A stretch of DNA of 64,000 nt from an uncultured Bacteroidales bacterium (GCA_946409645.1 CAMJXE010000002.1:15808-79807), one strand, 5' to 3'; counted from the stretch's first letter, positions 36,933 through 47,114 are shown. Notes: generated by a model not told the origin, from the letters alone. Numbers and translations are program-made.

Positions 36933-37870
36933 TGAACCCGCAACTTTGGTTAGCCCCTTTACATGGGATTACCTCCCATACTTTTAGAAACATCCTATGC
37001 CGTCATTTTGGCGGCATAGATTGTTATATGGCCCCCTTTTTGCCATCTCAGCCGCGCGGGAAACTCAACAAAAGGGTATGGCAGGATATTTTTCCTGAAC
37101 ATAACTCTGCCGTTCCGCTCACTCCGCAACTGATGGGCAACCGTCCCGATTATTTGGTGGATACGATGCAGATTCTCCACGAACTATTTGGATACGAGCA
37201 GTTTAATCTCAATATCGGTTGTCCTTCCTCACCAGTGGTGCGCCACAAGCGCGGGTGCGGATTGATGCCGCATCCAGATTTGGTGGAACGTATCGTGGCA
37301 GAGGTCACCGCGAAAACCCCGTTCCGACTATCGCTCAAAATGCGCCTCGGTCTGCACGATGCCAAGGAAGGCCGCGATTTGCTGTCACGATTGAATGGCT
37401 ATCCACTCGATTTTCTGGTCATCCATCCTCGATTGGGAGATGAACTCTATGAAGGAACGCCTCATTGGGACCTTTTTGAAGAGTTTTGCAGCATCACACG
37501 TCACAGAATCGTCTATAGCGGCGATATTTTCTCCAAAGAGGATTATAAAACACTTTCTGAAAAATTTCCGATGGTGTTCGCGTGGATGTTGGGACGCGGA
37601 ATGCTTCGCAATCCATTTTTGGCCGAAGAGATTAAGAATCAAGAGATTGGAGACAAACTATCTCGATTCGGCATCTTTTACCTTGATTTGGTTGAGGCTT
37701 TGCTTCCCATCCGTGGTGAAAACGGCACTTTGGCCAATTTGAAAGAGTTATGGCACTATTTTGCTTATTTCGCACAAATTTCTGATGAAGAATTGCATTC
37801 GCTGCTGCGAATCGTCGTTATGAAAGATTTTGTAGAGGCATCTATCCATCTACTACATATATTAAAGTAA
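36932..37870 (+). CDS. tRNA-dihydrouridine synthase family protein
   Basis: LAPLHGITSHTFRN and NLNIGCPS..V..KRGCGLM (Dus catalytic Cys region). ATG overlaps the preceding TAA (taatg). Confidence 0.75.
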   Translation: MNPQLWLAPLHGITSHTFRNILCRHFGGIDCYMAPFLPSQPRGKLNKRVWQDIFPEHNSAVPLTPQLMGNRPDYLVDTMQILHELFGYEQFNLNIGCPSSPVVRHKRGCGLMPHPDLVERIVAEVTAKTPFRLSLKMRLGLHDAKEGRDLLSRLNGYPLDFLVIHPRLGDELYEGTPHWDLFEEFCSITRHRIVYSGDIFSKEDYKTLSEKFPMVFAWMLGRGMLRNPFLAEEIKNQEIGDKLSRFGIFYLDLVEALLPIRGENGTLANLKELWHYFAYFAQISDEELHSLLRIVVMKDFVEASIHLLHILK

Positions 37871-37879
37871 GAAAAAATG

Positions 37880-37887
37880 TATATTTG
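37880..37887 (+). promoter_or_regulatory. -7 promoter box TAtaTTTG upstream of the 1,320-aa T9SS gene
   Basis: tatatttg, 68 nt before ATG 37955. Confidence 0.4.
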
Positions 37888-37954
37888 CAGTTTTGAAATA
37901 AGCCTTCGTTGATTATATAAAAAACAGAGACTCAAATAATTAAACAACAATAGT

Positions 37955-40900
37955 ATGAAAAAGAAATCTATTTTTTGCAGTGTTTTAAGTTTATGTATGA
38001 TGCTGCTTTCGTTTTCAGGATTCGCCCAAATCAACGCCAATGGCGGATTTGAAAGCTGGACGGGTACGTCTCCTGACGGTTGGTTGGGCTCCAAGAGTAA
38101 CATCGCCGCATCCAATGTGGTAAAAGTCACAACTGGTGCACATTCAGGCAATTATGCATGTCAGCTTATTAATACAACCTCGTCACACAAACGTTTTACC
38201 ACCCAAGCCACTCATGTGGACAATGGCACCCAATATGAAATCTCTTTTTGGGTGAAGGGGCAGGGTGAGATTCGTGTGGCGATGTATGACGGTCGCCAAT
38301 CAGGTAGTGGCTATTCATCATACAGCCCATATTATAGCATTAACAGTACCACTTACCAGCAATGCGTTGATACCATTGAAGCAGCCGTTACTACAGATGA
38401 GGGCGAATTTATCCTCTCCTTGCGCAACACGGAAAACGACCATTTGATTGTCGATGACGTGACCATTACGCCCATCACTCCCGAAAATTTTGTGGGGGAA
38501 CCTGTCGCAACCATCTCAGGCACCCAGCAATCCACCGACACTTATTTCGGTTCAGTTATCGTTAGTTTGAGCAGTATCACCGACAATGCCTCCATCTATT
38601 ACACCGTGGACGGTAGCGAACCCACCTCTTCTTCAACACTTTACAACGCTCCTTTCACCATCAACTCTACTACCACGCTAAAGGCTATCGCTATCTTGAA
38701 CGATAACAATAGCACGGTTATGACGAAGACTATCACTATTTTAGACTTCACCCCTATCTACTTTGAAAACTTTGAAACCAACGGGTTGAACCTGATGACA
38801 GTCGTTAACGCTTCAGGGACATATTCTTGGACCACAGGCACTAATAATGGAAACAATTATGCTTATGCCAACGCCTATAACCTCGGTGCATGCGAATCGT
38901 GGTTGATTACACCCGCTATTGTCCCGTTGAATCCCGGCGGTGTGACTATGTCATTTGAAAGTGCAACCAAATATACTGGACCAGCCCTACAAGTAAAGTA
39001 TTCCACCGATTACAGCGGTTCGGGTTCTCCTGCAACGGCTACATGGAATGATATCACCGACGAATTTGTTTTTAGTACAGGCAACAACTGGATTTGGACG
39101 AATTCTGGAGATTTTGATGTTATTGGTACCGCGCCCATCTATTTCGCATGGATCTACACCAGCACAGAATCTTCGGCGGCTGGCTGGCAAATTGACAATA
39201 TCATGGTGTTATCAGGAGCCGCTCCTGTGTTAAATCCCACGCTCACCATCAACGAACCTCAGAACGAATCGGTTTATAGCACGCTCGACACTTTGCATGT
39301 ATCCATTGATATTCAGAATTTCGCCTTGGATACAGATGGATACCTCAAAATAGAATCCAATTTCTTGGAAATCTTTTTGGGAACAAATGTCATCTATTTA
39401 AACCAAATGATGATGGATTTTGTTTCTTTATTCCCTCTTTCTCCGCTGCCTGCCGGTGAGTTCGATTTTACAGCTACTTTGGTGGGCCCGGATTCACTTC
39501 CCATCTCCCCTTCTGTCAGTGTGACCTCTTCATTTTCTGTTATCGCACCAGTGCTCGATGCACCTGTCATTACCGCCACAGGTGAGAGTGCCGGGGCAGA
39601 CAACACCTTCTATTTCAGCTCCACCGTAACCATGACTGCCGACAATAGCGCAGCCATTTACTATACGACCGATGGTACAACCCCGACAGATTCCTCCACG
39701 CTCTACACTGCGCCGTTCCAGATTACGGAGACGAGTACCATCAAGGCTATTGCTGTGAAGGAGAATTATCAGAACAGTGACGTGGCAACTTTCATGGTTA
39801 CCATCACCGCCCCGACTGTGGAGGCCCCTCTATTCACTCCAGGCACTGGCACTTACGCCGACAGTGTAACTTTCAGCATCACTTGCGCAACTGAAGGTGC
39901 GGAGATTCGCTACACCATCGACGGCACCGAACCTGCCGAAACTTCTACGCTTTATTCGGTTCCCGTTTCGTTGACCGCCACCACCACTGTGAAGGCGAAA
40001 GCATTCAAGAGCGATTGGTTCGCCAGCGAGACCGCCACTGCTGTCTATACAGTTGTGTTTGAGCCGGTTTTGACTGTCAGTACTCCTTCATTGAGCTTCA
40101 CAAGTACGCAACTAACCCAGACATTCACCGTGAGTGGCGCACATTTGGACAACCCCATTGTGTTGACTTGCAGTGACGCACATTTCACCTTGAGTCCTAC
40201 CACCATCACCAATCCGAACAGCAACACCGTCGTTACCGTCACTTTTGACGGCACCGAGCCTGCAACGGGCACTGTTTCTTTGGCTTCTGGCACTTTGAGT
40301 GTACAGGTCGCACTGACGGCAACTGCGCAGCTGCCGGCCCCAGTATTTGTACCCGCTACCGATGAAGATACACTTATCACTGTGACCATGACCTGCGCTG
40401 ACCCCACCGCTGAAATCCACTACACCACCGACGGCACCACTCCCACCGCTGCATCCGCCACTTACACGACTCCTCTCATCCTCAGCTCACCGGGAACCTA
40501 CACTCTGAAAGCCCTCGCTGTGAAGACGGGTTGGGAAAACAGCGACATCACCACTGGTAACTACACCGTCACTGTTCCGCCAGCTCCCGATACTGTTAGC
40601 GTGCCCGTGATCACACCTGCCACCAACACTTACTATGAACCGCAAACCGTGACCATCACCTGCACGGATGCCGACGCCGTGATTCGTTATACCATCGATG
40701 GTGCCGAACCGACCGATGCTTCCACTATCTATACCGCGCCGTTCACGGTGACGACCAACAGCACGATTGTGGCCAAAGCATGGAAATCCGGTATGATCCC
40801 GAGCGCCACGGCCTCAGTCTCCATCACCTTCCCCGAACAAGTGTCCAACATCGCCGCCTTCAAGGCCGCTGCCGCCACTGGTGTGGAAAAACAGATTATG

Positions 40901-41917
40901 AGCGATGTGACCTTCGTGTTCCGTAGCGGAAGATACATCTTCGTGGAGGACAACTCCGCCGCGCTGCTCATTTACGACTTCAACACTCCGGTTATCACCA
41001 CTCAATTCAACGAAGGCGATGTGATTGAGGGCGGTATCTTCGGAAAATACAAATTATACAGTGGCATGGTGGAGATGGAACCCACACACAATGCCAACGC
41101 CGCTACCGGAACGCCCGTGACCGTGATGCCGACCACTACCACCATTACAGACATTAAAACGCAATATGCTGACACATACGAGTCCAAATTTGTGAAGTTG
41201 AACGACGTGGTGTTCATCGATGATACCCGATTCGTGCAAAATGGCGATACAATGGCCATTTTCGACCGTTTCAATACCATTACCACGACAATTTCTGCAG
41301 GAGACATAGCCGATGTAACCGGTTTTGTCAGTTACTTCGCTACAAATAATGCCTATCAAATCTTCCCGCGTGACAACAACGATATCGAAATCCATTCGGC
41401 ACCAGTCCTTGACACAGTGGCCACTCCAGAATTCGATTTCTACCGCTCCGGTGAGTTCTATTTCATGAACATTACCTGTTCCACAGATGGAGCTTCTCTT
41501 TATTATACCATCGACAATACTGATCCTGACGAGAATAGTTACGAGTACACCTCTGACGTTCCGTTCTACCTGAATGTCCACTACTATATCAAAGCCATTG
41601 CCATGAAAGAGGGTATGGTCAACAGTGCTATTGCGATGTATGACTACAATCCATCAAGCATTATCACTTACGAGTTGCGCGACAATCTTGTCGTCTATCC
41701 GAATCCTGCCGAAAGCAATGTTTTCATTAATGTGAAAGAGGATGGATTGGATATCGAGAAGGTGGAATTGTACAATCTTTACGGACAACTGTTGAAGAGC
41801 GTCGAGGTCAACAGCAACACTGCGGAATTGGGCATCGGAGCTCTCGCAACGGGTACCTATTATGCGAAGGTTTTCACCAATCGTGGTGTCACTTCGCTGC
41901 CGATTATTCGTAAATAA
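37955..41917 (+). CDS. large T9SS-secreted multidomain protein (1,320 aa)
   Basis: Signal peptide and N-terminal jelly-roll-like INANGGFESWTG..GW region. Six copies of a ~75-aa unit with I(Y/R/H)YT(x)DG(x)(x)P...STLY..PF......(K/A)A(I/K)A (chitobiase/hexosaminidase C-terminal-like). OB-fold-like segment. C-terminal VYPNPAESNVFINV...GTYYAKV sorting domain. Confidence 0.85.
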   Translation: MKKKSIFCSVLSLCMMLLSFSGFAQINANGGFESWTGTSPDGWLGSKSNIAASNVVKVTTGAHSGNYACQLINTTSSHKRFTTQATHVDNGTQYEISFWVKGQGEIRVAMYDGRQSGSGYSSYSPYYSINSTTYQQCVDTIEAAVTTDEGEFILSLRNTENDHLIVDDVTITPITPENFVGEPVATISGTQQSTDTYFGSVIVSLSSITDNASIYYTVDGSEPTSSSTLYNAPFTINSTTTLKAIAILNDNNSTVMTKTITILDFTPIYFENFETNGLNLMTVVNASGTYSWTTGTNNGNNYAYANAYNLGACESWLITPAIVPLNPGGVTMSFESATKYTGPALQVKYSTDYSGSGSPATATWNDITDEFVFSTGNNWIWTNSGDFDVIGTAPIYFAWIYTSTESSAAGWQIDNIMVLSGAAPVLNPTLTINEPQNESVYSTLDTLHVSIDIQNFALDTDGYLKIESNFLEIFLGTNVIYLNQMMMDFVSLFPLSPLPAGEFDFTATLVGPDSLPISPSVSVTSSFSVIAPVLDAPVITATGESAGADNTFYFSSTVTMTADNSAAIYYTTDGTTPTDSSTLYTAPFQITETSTIKAIAVKENYQNSDVATFMVTITAPTVEAPLFTPGTGTYADSVTFSITCATEGAEIRYTIDGTEPAETSTLYSVPVSLTATTTVKAKAFKSDWFASETATAVYTVVFEPVLTVSTPSLSFTSTQLTQTFTVSGAHLDNPIVLTCSDAHFTLSPTTITNPNSNTVVTVTFDGTEPATGTVSLASGTLSVQVALTATAQLPAPVFVPATDEDTLITVTMTCADPTAEIHYTTDGTTPTAASATYTTPLILSSPGTYTLKALAVKTGWENSDITTGNYTVTVPPAPDTVSVPVITPATNTYYEPQTVTITCTDADAVIRYTIDGAEPTDASTIYTAPFTVTTNSTIVAKAWKSGMIPSATASVSITFPEQVSNIAAFKAAAATGVEKQIMSDVTFVFRSGRYIFVEDNSAALLIYDFNTPVITTQFNEGDVIEGGIFGKYKLYSGMVEMEPTHNANAATGTPVTVMPTTTTITDIKTQYADTYESKFVKLNDVVFIDDTRFVQNGDTMAIFDRFNTITTTISAGDIADVTGFVSYFATNNAYQIFPRDNNDIEIHSAPVLDTVATPEFDFYRSGEFYFMNITCSTDGASLYYTIDNTDPDENSYEYTSDVPFYLNVHYYIKAIAMKEGMVNSAIAMYDYNPSSIITYELRDNLVVYPNPAESNVFINVKEDGLDIEKVELYNLYGQLLKSVEVNSNTAELGIGALATGTYYAKVFTNRGVTSLPIIRK

Positions 41918-41942
41918 GAAACCTCTTTAGGAAGATATTGAA

Positions 41943-41971
41943 ACGGACGCACGCGTTGCGTCCGTTTTTTT
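41943..41971 (+). terminator. rho-independent terminator after the 1,320-aa gene
   Basis: ACGGACGCA-cgcgt-TGCGTCCGT 9-bp stem followed by TTTTTTT. Confidence 0.8.
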
Positions 41972-41978
41972 GTCAATT

Positions 41979-42000
41979 ACACTATATATTTATATAGTGT
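41979..42000. repeat. perfect 10-bp inverted repeat ACACTATATA-tt-TATATAGTGT
   Basis: Read directly. Followed by a T-run, and located ~20 nt upstream of the -7 box at 42019. Confidence 0.9.
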
Positions 42001-42018
42001 TTTTTATTGAAAAAATAC

Positions 42019-42026
42019 TATTTTTG
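42019..42026 (+). promoter_or_regulatory. -7 promoter box TAttTTTG upstream of the Spt-like gene
   Basis: tatttttg, ~95 nt before ATG 42121. Confidence 0.4.
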
Positions 42027-42120
42027 TGGTTTGTTTTGCAAGCTTGGACAACGAAGCGTAACTTATAATGAATCAAGCAAATAAATCTCGTTTCGAACTA
42101 AATATAAATAAGAAAGCGTA

Positions 42121-43311
42121 ATGAAAACCCATATTCTAAGAAACAAATGCGCACAATACAGGGCGCCGCAAATAGCAAAAGAAAAAGGAATTTATCCATA
42201 TTATAAGGCGATAGAGTCCGAACAAAGCACTGTGGTGAGGATAAACGGCAAAAATGTGCTGATGTTCGGCTCAAACAGCTATCTCGGTCTCTCAAACGAC
42301 CCGCGTCTGAAGGAAGCCGCAAAGGCCGCCATCGACAAATACGGCACCAGCTGCTCTGGTTCTCGCTTTCTTAACGGTACTCTTGACATTCATGTTGAAT
42401 TGGAAAATAAACTCGCCAAATTGGTAGGCAAAGATGAAGCTGTCTGTTTCAGCACGGGATTCCAAGTGAATTTGGGAGTGGTGTCCGCGCTGTGCGGCCG
42501 CAACGACTACTTGTTGCTCGACAGGCTCAACCACGCCTCCATCATAGAGGGCAGCCGTTTGGCATTTGCCAAATCGTTGAAATATGCTCACAATGACATG
42601 GGAAATTTGGAGAAGTGTTTGCAACAATGCGAACCCGAATCCATCAAGCTGATTGTCGCTGATGGGGTGTTTTCCATGGAGGGCGATATTGTTCCGCTAC
42701 CTGAAATGGTGGCATTGGCTGAGAAATATGATGCCGACATCATGCTCGACGACGCCCACTCTTTGGGTGTTTTGGGGCATCAGGGAAGAGGAACAGCTGA
42801 CTATTTCGGTTTAACCGATAAAGTCGATCTCATAATGGGTACCTTCTCGAAGTCGTTCGGCTCATTGGGCGGTTTCATCGCGGCCGATTTCGACACCATC
42901 AACTATCTGAAACACAATGCTCGCTCGTTGATATTTAGCGCCAGTATGCCGCCTTCCAACGTGGCTTCGGTGAGCAAGGCAATCGATATCATGTTGGATG
43001 AACCTGAGCGCATCCAACATCTTTGGGACGTAAGCCATTATGCCCATAAACAATTCAAAGAGAGAGGATTTGAGACGGGACGTAGCGAAACACCCATCAT
43101 TCCTCTGTTTGTGCGGAATTCGGAGAAAGCTTTCTGGCTCTGCTCACACTTGCTGGAAGATGGCGTTTTCGTCACACCGGTCATCGCACCTGCCGTGCCC
43201 GAAAACGACGTGCTGATACGATTTGCTCTGATGGCCACACACACCTACGAACAGGTGGATGAGGCTATCGACAAGATTACCAAAGCATTTAAGGAAGCCG
43301 GTGTTATTTAG
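42121..43311 (+). CDS. PLP-dependent alpha-oxoamine synthase, serine palmitoyltransferase-like (Spt / cysteate-acyltransferase family)
   Basis: 396 aa. MFGSNSYLGL, GSRFLNGTLDIHVELE, FSTGFQVNLG, DGVFSMEGD, DDAHSLG and the GTFSKS PLP-lysine motif. Closest by memory to Bacteroidota Spt rather than BioF or KBL. Confidence 0.8.
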   Translation: MKTHILRNKCAQYRAPQIAKEKGIYPYYKAIESEQSTVVRINGKNVLMFGSNSYLGLSNDPRLKEAAKAAIDKYGTSCSGSRFLNGTLDIHVELENKLAKLVGKDEAVCFSTGFQVNLGVVSALCGRNDYLLLDRLNHASIIEGSRLAFAKSLKYAHNDMGNLEKCLQQCEPESIKLIVADGVFSMEGDIVPLPEMVALAEKYDADIMLDDAHSLGVLGHQGRGTADYFGLTDKVDLIMGTFSKSFGSLGGFIAADFDTINYLKHNARSLIFSASMPPSNVASVSKAIDIMLDEPERIQHLWDVSHYAHKQFKERGFETGRSETPIIPLFVRNSEKAFWLCSHLLEDGVFVTPVIAPAVPENDVLIRFALMATHTYEQVDEAIDKITKAFKEAGVI

Positions 43312-43313
43312 TC

Positions 43314-44108
43314 ATGGTCGTTCTCATCACAGGCATTTCGTCAGGTTTTGGTTTAGAAACCGCCCGGCTTTTGTCGCAGGAAGGGCATATTGTGTATGGT
43401 ACGGTCCGTCGTGAGGTGGAACCGATTCCTGGAGTGCATTACCTGAGAGTGGATGTGCGCGACCGTGAAGCTGTGAAAAGTACTGTGCAACAGGTGTTTG
43501 ACAAAGAAGGCCGTATTGATGTGCTGGTCAATAATGCTGGCATGGGCATCGGTGGACCAGTGGAATTTGCCACCGAAGAGGAAATACGGGAGCAGATGGA
43601 TACTAACTTCATGGGATTAGTGCATTTCGTGACGGCCGTGCTACCCGTTATGCGCAATCAAGGGGCAGGCAAAATCATCGCTTTGAGCTCTATCGGAGGG
43701 GTGATGGGACTGCCGTTCCAAGGTTTTTATTCTGCCAGTAAATTCGCCATCGAAGGCTACTGCGAAGCATTGCGACTTGAAATCCAACAGTTTGGCATCC
43801 AAGTTGTTGTTGTTCGTCCTGGCGATTTTTCCACGAGTTTCACGGCCAGTCGGAAAAAGACCGTCAACACCAAAGCTATGCAAGCCTACAAAACCTACGC
43901 CGAATCCATAGGGAAGGTGGAACACGACGAAACCAGCGGATTAAAACCGCAAGTGTTAGCTCGCAAAATCAGCCAAATCATTCGTAAGAAACATCCGCAC
44001 CTCGGTTATGTAGTGGCATCGTTCGAGCAACGCCTTTCCGTACTGCTCAAACGCACTCTACCCGCACGGTGGTTCGGAAAAATTCTTGGTAGTTATTACA
44101 AATTGTAA
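43314..44108 (+). CDS. classical short-chain dehydrogenase/reductase
   Basis: TGISSGFG, NNAG and S...YSASK motifs. Starts 3 nt after the Spt-like gene's stop. Confidence 0.85.
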   Translation: MVVLITGISSGFGLETARLLSQEGHIVYGTVRREVEPIPGVHYLRVDVRDREAVKSTVQQVFDKEGRIDVLVNNAGMGIGGPVEFATEEEIREQMDTNFMGLVHFVTAVLPVMRNQGAGKIIALSSIGGVMGLPFQGFYSASKFAIEGYCEALRLEIQQFGIQVVVVRPGDFSTSFTASRKKTVNTKAMQAYKTYAESIGKVEHDETSGLKPQVLARKISQIIRKKHPHLGYVVASFEQRLSVLLKRTLPARWFGKILGSYYKL

Positions 44109-44133
44109 CCAATCAAGTCCTCCCCTCTTTACC

Positions 44134-45249
44134 TTACACATGCCGTCTATATGCTCTTCTGCGCATAAACGGATTGGTCTTGTACTCCCCGAACAGCGTC
44201 TGCACCTTGTAGTTCTCCTCCAATTGAGGGTTCATGATGATAGTCTTGATACCCCGCTTGATACAGTTCTCATGCAGGTACTTGAACAACAGCATTGGTA
44301 TTCCACATTGTTGATACTCAGGCATCACACCCATTATGAGTGCCTCCAACGTGTCGTTTTTCTTCAACGCCTTCATAATATGAATAAAGCCGAAGGGGAA
44401 AAGGCGACCGTTGGACTTCTTCACCGCTTGGGAGAGTGAAGGCACGCAGAAAAGGAAACCTACCGGCTGGTCTTTCTCGTTGACCGCCACTGCCACAAAG
44501 TCTTTGTCCAAAATGGGCACATAAGTCTTGAGGTATGCATCTATCTGCTTGTCTGTCAAGGGTGAAAAACCATGCAACGGGGCGAAAGACTCATTGTACA
44601 TGTGAAAAATCTCCATGCCGTAACGCTTGCTCAAGTCTTTCATGCTTTTGGGCTGCACAACATGAGACTTCGACCGCTCTTCTACCAAATTAGCAAAGCG
44701 GAACATGGGCGGCAGTTTGGGATTCACCTCCAAAGTTCGCTGGGTCCAATCGACTTCTTTCACAAAACCGAGTTTCTCTAACATCGGGCCGTAATAGGAA
44801 TAGTTGTAGAGGCAGGTAAACGGGCTCAAATGCTCGAAACCCTCCACCAACAAGCCTTCTTTGTCCATGTCGGTAAAGCCCCACGGACCTCGCATGTCGG
44901 TGCGACCTCGTTGTTTGCCCCATTCAGCGACAGTGTCAATCAACGCTTTCAGTACTGCTTCGTCCTCTATGAAATCGAGCCAACCGAAACGGACGAGGTG
45001 CTGATCGTCATCGGCTTTGTGGTTGATGATGGCAGCAACGCGACCCACAATCTCATTGCCACGAAACGCTAAAAAGCAATCTGCTTCACAGAAGTCGTAG
45101 GCTCCGTTTTTCTCTGGATTGAAGGTGTCGTATTCATCGCCTTCCAAAGCAGGCACCCAATTTTCACAATCTTTATAAAGATGTAGTGGAAAAGTCACAA
45201 ATTGCTTCAGCTGCTTGCGACTTTCAACTTTGACAATGTTTATATTCAT
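44134..45249 (-). CDS. GNAT-fold-like acyltransferase family protein (~370 aa), function unknown
   Basis: C-terminal GVMPEYQQCGIPMLLF resembles GNAT motif A. Clear paralog of 58703-59839. Confidence 0.6.
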   Translation of the reverse strand: MNINIVKVESRKQLKQFVTFPLHLYKDCENWVPALEGDEYDTFNPEKNGAYDFCEADCFLAFRGNEIVGRVAAIINHKADDDQHLVRFGWLDFIEDEAVLKALIDTVAEWGKQRGRTDMRGPWGFTDMDKEGLLVEGFEHLSPFTCLYNYSYYGPMLEKLGFVKEVDWTQRTLEVNPKLPPMFRFANLVEERSKSHVVQPKSMKDLSKRYGMEIFHMYNESFAPLHGFSPLTDKQIDAYLKTYVPILDKDFVAVAVNEKDQPVGFLFCVPSLSQAVKKSNGRLFPFGFIHIMKALKKNDTLEALIMGVMPEYQQCGIPMLLFKYLHENCIKRGIKTIIMNPQLEENYKVQTLFGEYKTNPFMRRRAYRRHV

Positions 45250-45309
45250 AATTTCCTATTTGTACAAAATCTAATATTAAGCAATAAGCTACTGACAATA
45301 GCTTAACCA

Positions 45310-45552
45310 TTAATCCGTCACATGCGAACTAATGTAGTCAATCACTTCGCCTACTGTATTGAATTTGGGTGTACCTTCGAACTTGAAAGCGAATTTGTTC
45401 TCAACAGCAAGGCTGAGCAACAGGATGGTGAGCGAATCAAGCCCTACATCGCGAACGAGTTGCGAATCCTCGTTTATGGAAGTCATATCCATGGAGGGTT
45501 TAATCAGGACAAGGACTTCTTTCAATCCTTCAAAGATAGTCTCTCTTTCCAT
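45310..45552 (-). CDS. acyl carrier protein (dedicated, cluster-encoded)
   Basis: 80 aa. DVGLDSLTILLL carries the phosphopantetheine-attachment Ser (DSL motif). Confidence 0.8.
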   Translation of the reverse strand: MERETIFEGLKEVLVLIKPSMDMTSINEDSQLVRDVGLDSLTILLLSLAVENKFAFKFEGTPKFNTVGEVIDYISSHVTD

Positions 45553-45555
45553 ATT

Positions 45556-47052
45556 TTATTGATTACGTGAAACTTTCAGAGCTCCAGTGCGTTTGAAATC
45601 TTCCTTGCGCACAGTGATTTTACTAACTTGGTGCGTGCTCGGGAGCGTAGCGTTGACCTTGCCGACCAAATCTTTGAAATAGGCCTCCACTTCTTCCCAA
45701 GGAGCGTTACCGAATTCATCCATGCGCGGCAGAATCTCGATGGCAATCACCTGGCGACCGTCGAGTTCGTCTTCTTTCACAAGGCAATCGCGGACTTTAT
45801 TGTCATCATAGAATGGTTCCTCGATGCTTTCGGGACAGACATTCTCCCCGTTGGAAAGGATGATGAGGTTCTTGATTCGCCCAACGATATACATAAAGCC
45901 CTCTTCGTCGAAGCGGACGAGGTCGCCAGTTTTGACCCAGCCGTCGGGTGTAAGCGTTTCGGCGGTCTTTTCGGGTTCGCCGTAGTAGCCGAGGAAGACG
46001 TTGTCGCCGCGGAACCACAATTCGCCATCGACCACCTTAGCTTCTTGTTCGGGATAGAGCTTGCCAACGGATGTGGGTCTGGATTTCACGTCGACATTGC
46101 CAGTGGTGAGGTTGGCACCCTCTGTCATGCCATAGCCGGCGAAGAGGTGGATGCCTATTTCGTCGAATTCGCCGATGAGCTTCGGGGGCACATTGGCCGC
46201 ACCAGAAATGATAACTTGCAACTCGCCACCCAGGAACTGTTTACCATACATCTTGACAAGCCCCATCATGATTTCACAAATGCCAGGAACAGCCACCAAC
46301 ATAGTGGGCTTGATAACGGGCAACTTACCGATAGTATCTTTGGTGTTACCGGCTGAATACCATGCGGCACCTTTGTAAAGGACAGACAAAGTGCTGTAAA
46401 TCAATCCAAAAACATGACTAAGAGGCAACACGCATGCATAACGGTGACAACCTAATTGGTGTCCTGGAGCATACAATCCGTTCAAAGCACCGCGTAACAA
46501 TGCACGATGCGGCAGAATAGCCCCCTTGGGTGCGCCTGTTGTGCCGCCTGTGAAAAAGATGGCAGCGGGATCGTCCTTATCTACTGTGGCGACCGGTGCG
46601 GCGTGGTCAGCGCAATCCGCAATGGCGATGACCTTGCAAGGAGCTTCTTTCATCGTTTCCATAAAGGTGGGACCGACGGCTAAGACCTTCACTCCGTACT
46701 TCATACAGCAACCTTTGATGGCTTCCGCAGGTAGCATGGCGGGAAGGTTGATGGCCACAAAGCCCGCTGAAGTGGCAGCAAGAAACATCTCCACGGCCTC
46801 AACGGTAGAGTTATCCAAAATGGCCACTTTGTCGCCTTTTTGTAACTCTAAATCGTTGAGTAATGCGCGTTTACATGCTACCGTATCGCAGACTTGCTTA
46901 TAAGTATAAGTGTTCACCGTGTCTGAAAGACAAGGCAAATCGGACCATTTCTGCTCAATCCAAGTTACAAATTCGGGAAAAGTGGGGATGTACTTCACCT
47001 GCGCGAGCTCCTCGGCGGGAAGCATAGACGGGAAATAATTATCCGCTCTCAT
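45556..47052 (-). CDS. AMP-dependent synthetase/ligase (fatty acyl-AMP / acyl-ACP synthetase-like)
   Basis: FFTGGTTGAPKGA AMP-binding motif, GYGMTE, TGD. Its stop codon lies 3 nt before the ACP ATG. Confidence 0.85.
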   Translation of the reverse strand: MRADNYFPSMLPAEELAQVKYIPTFPEFVTWIEQKWSDLPCLSDTVNTYTYKQVCDTVACKRALLNDLELQKGDKVAILDNSTVEAVEMFLAATSAGFVAINLPAMLPAEAIKGCCMKYGVKVLAVGPTFMETMKEAPCKVIAIADCADHAAPVATVDKDDPAAIFFTGGTTGAPKGAILPHRALLRGALNGLYAPGHQLGCHRYACVLPLSHVFGLIYSTLSVLYKGAAWYSAGNTKDTIGKLPVIKPTMLVAVPGICEIMMGLVKMYGKQFLGGELQVIISGAANVPPKLIGEFDEIGIHLFAGYGMTEGANLTTGNVDVKSRPTSVGKLYPEQEAKVVDGELWFRGDNVFLGYYGEPEKTAETLTPDGWVKTGDLVRFDEEGFMYIVGRIKNLIILSNGENVCPESIEEPFYDDNKVRDCLVKEDELDGRQVIAIEILPRMDEFGNAPWEEVEAYFKDLVGKVNATLPSTHQVSKITVRKEDFKRTGALKVSRNQ

Positions 47053-47081
47053 TCTTGTAAGGTTTAATTATAAATAGAGTG

Positions 47082-47089
47082 CAAATATA
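47082..47089 (-). promoter_or_regulatory. -7 promoter box TAtaTTTG upstream of the ligase-ACP genes
   Basis: Reverse complement of caaatata, ~30 nt before ATG 47052. Confidence 0.45.
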
Positions 47090-47114
47090 GCATTTTTATT
47101 TAAAAAAGGCCTAA

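Noticed and set aside
44086-44439. 117-aa plus-strand ORF overlapping the SDR stop and the GNAT-like gene
   Set aside because: It is antisense to the conserved C-terminus of the GNAT-like gene and has no motifs. I treat it as a shadow ORF.
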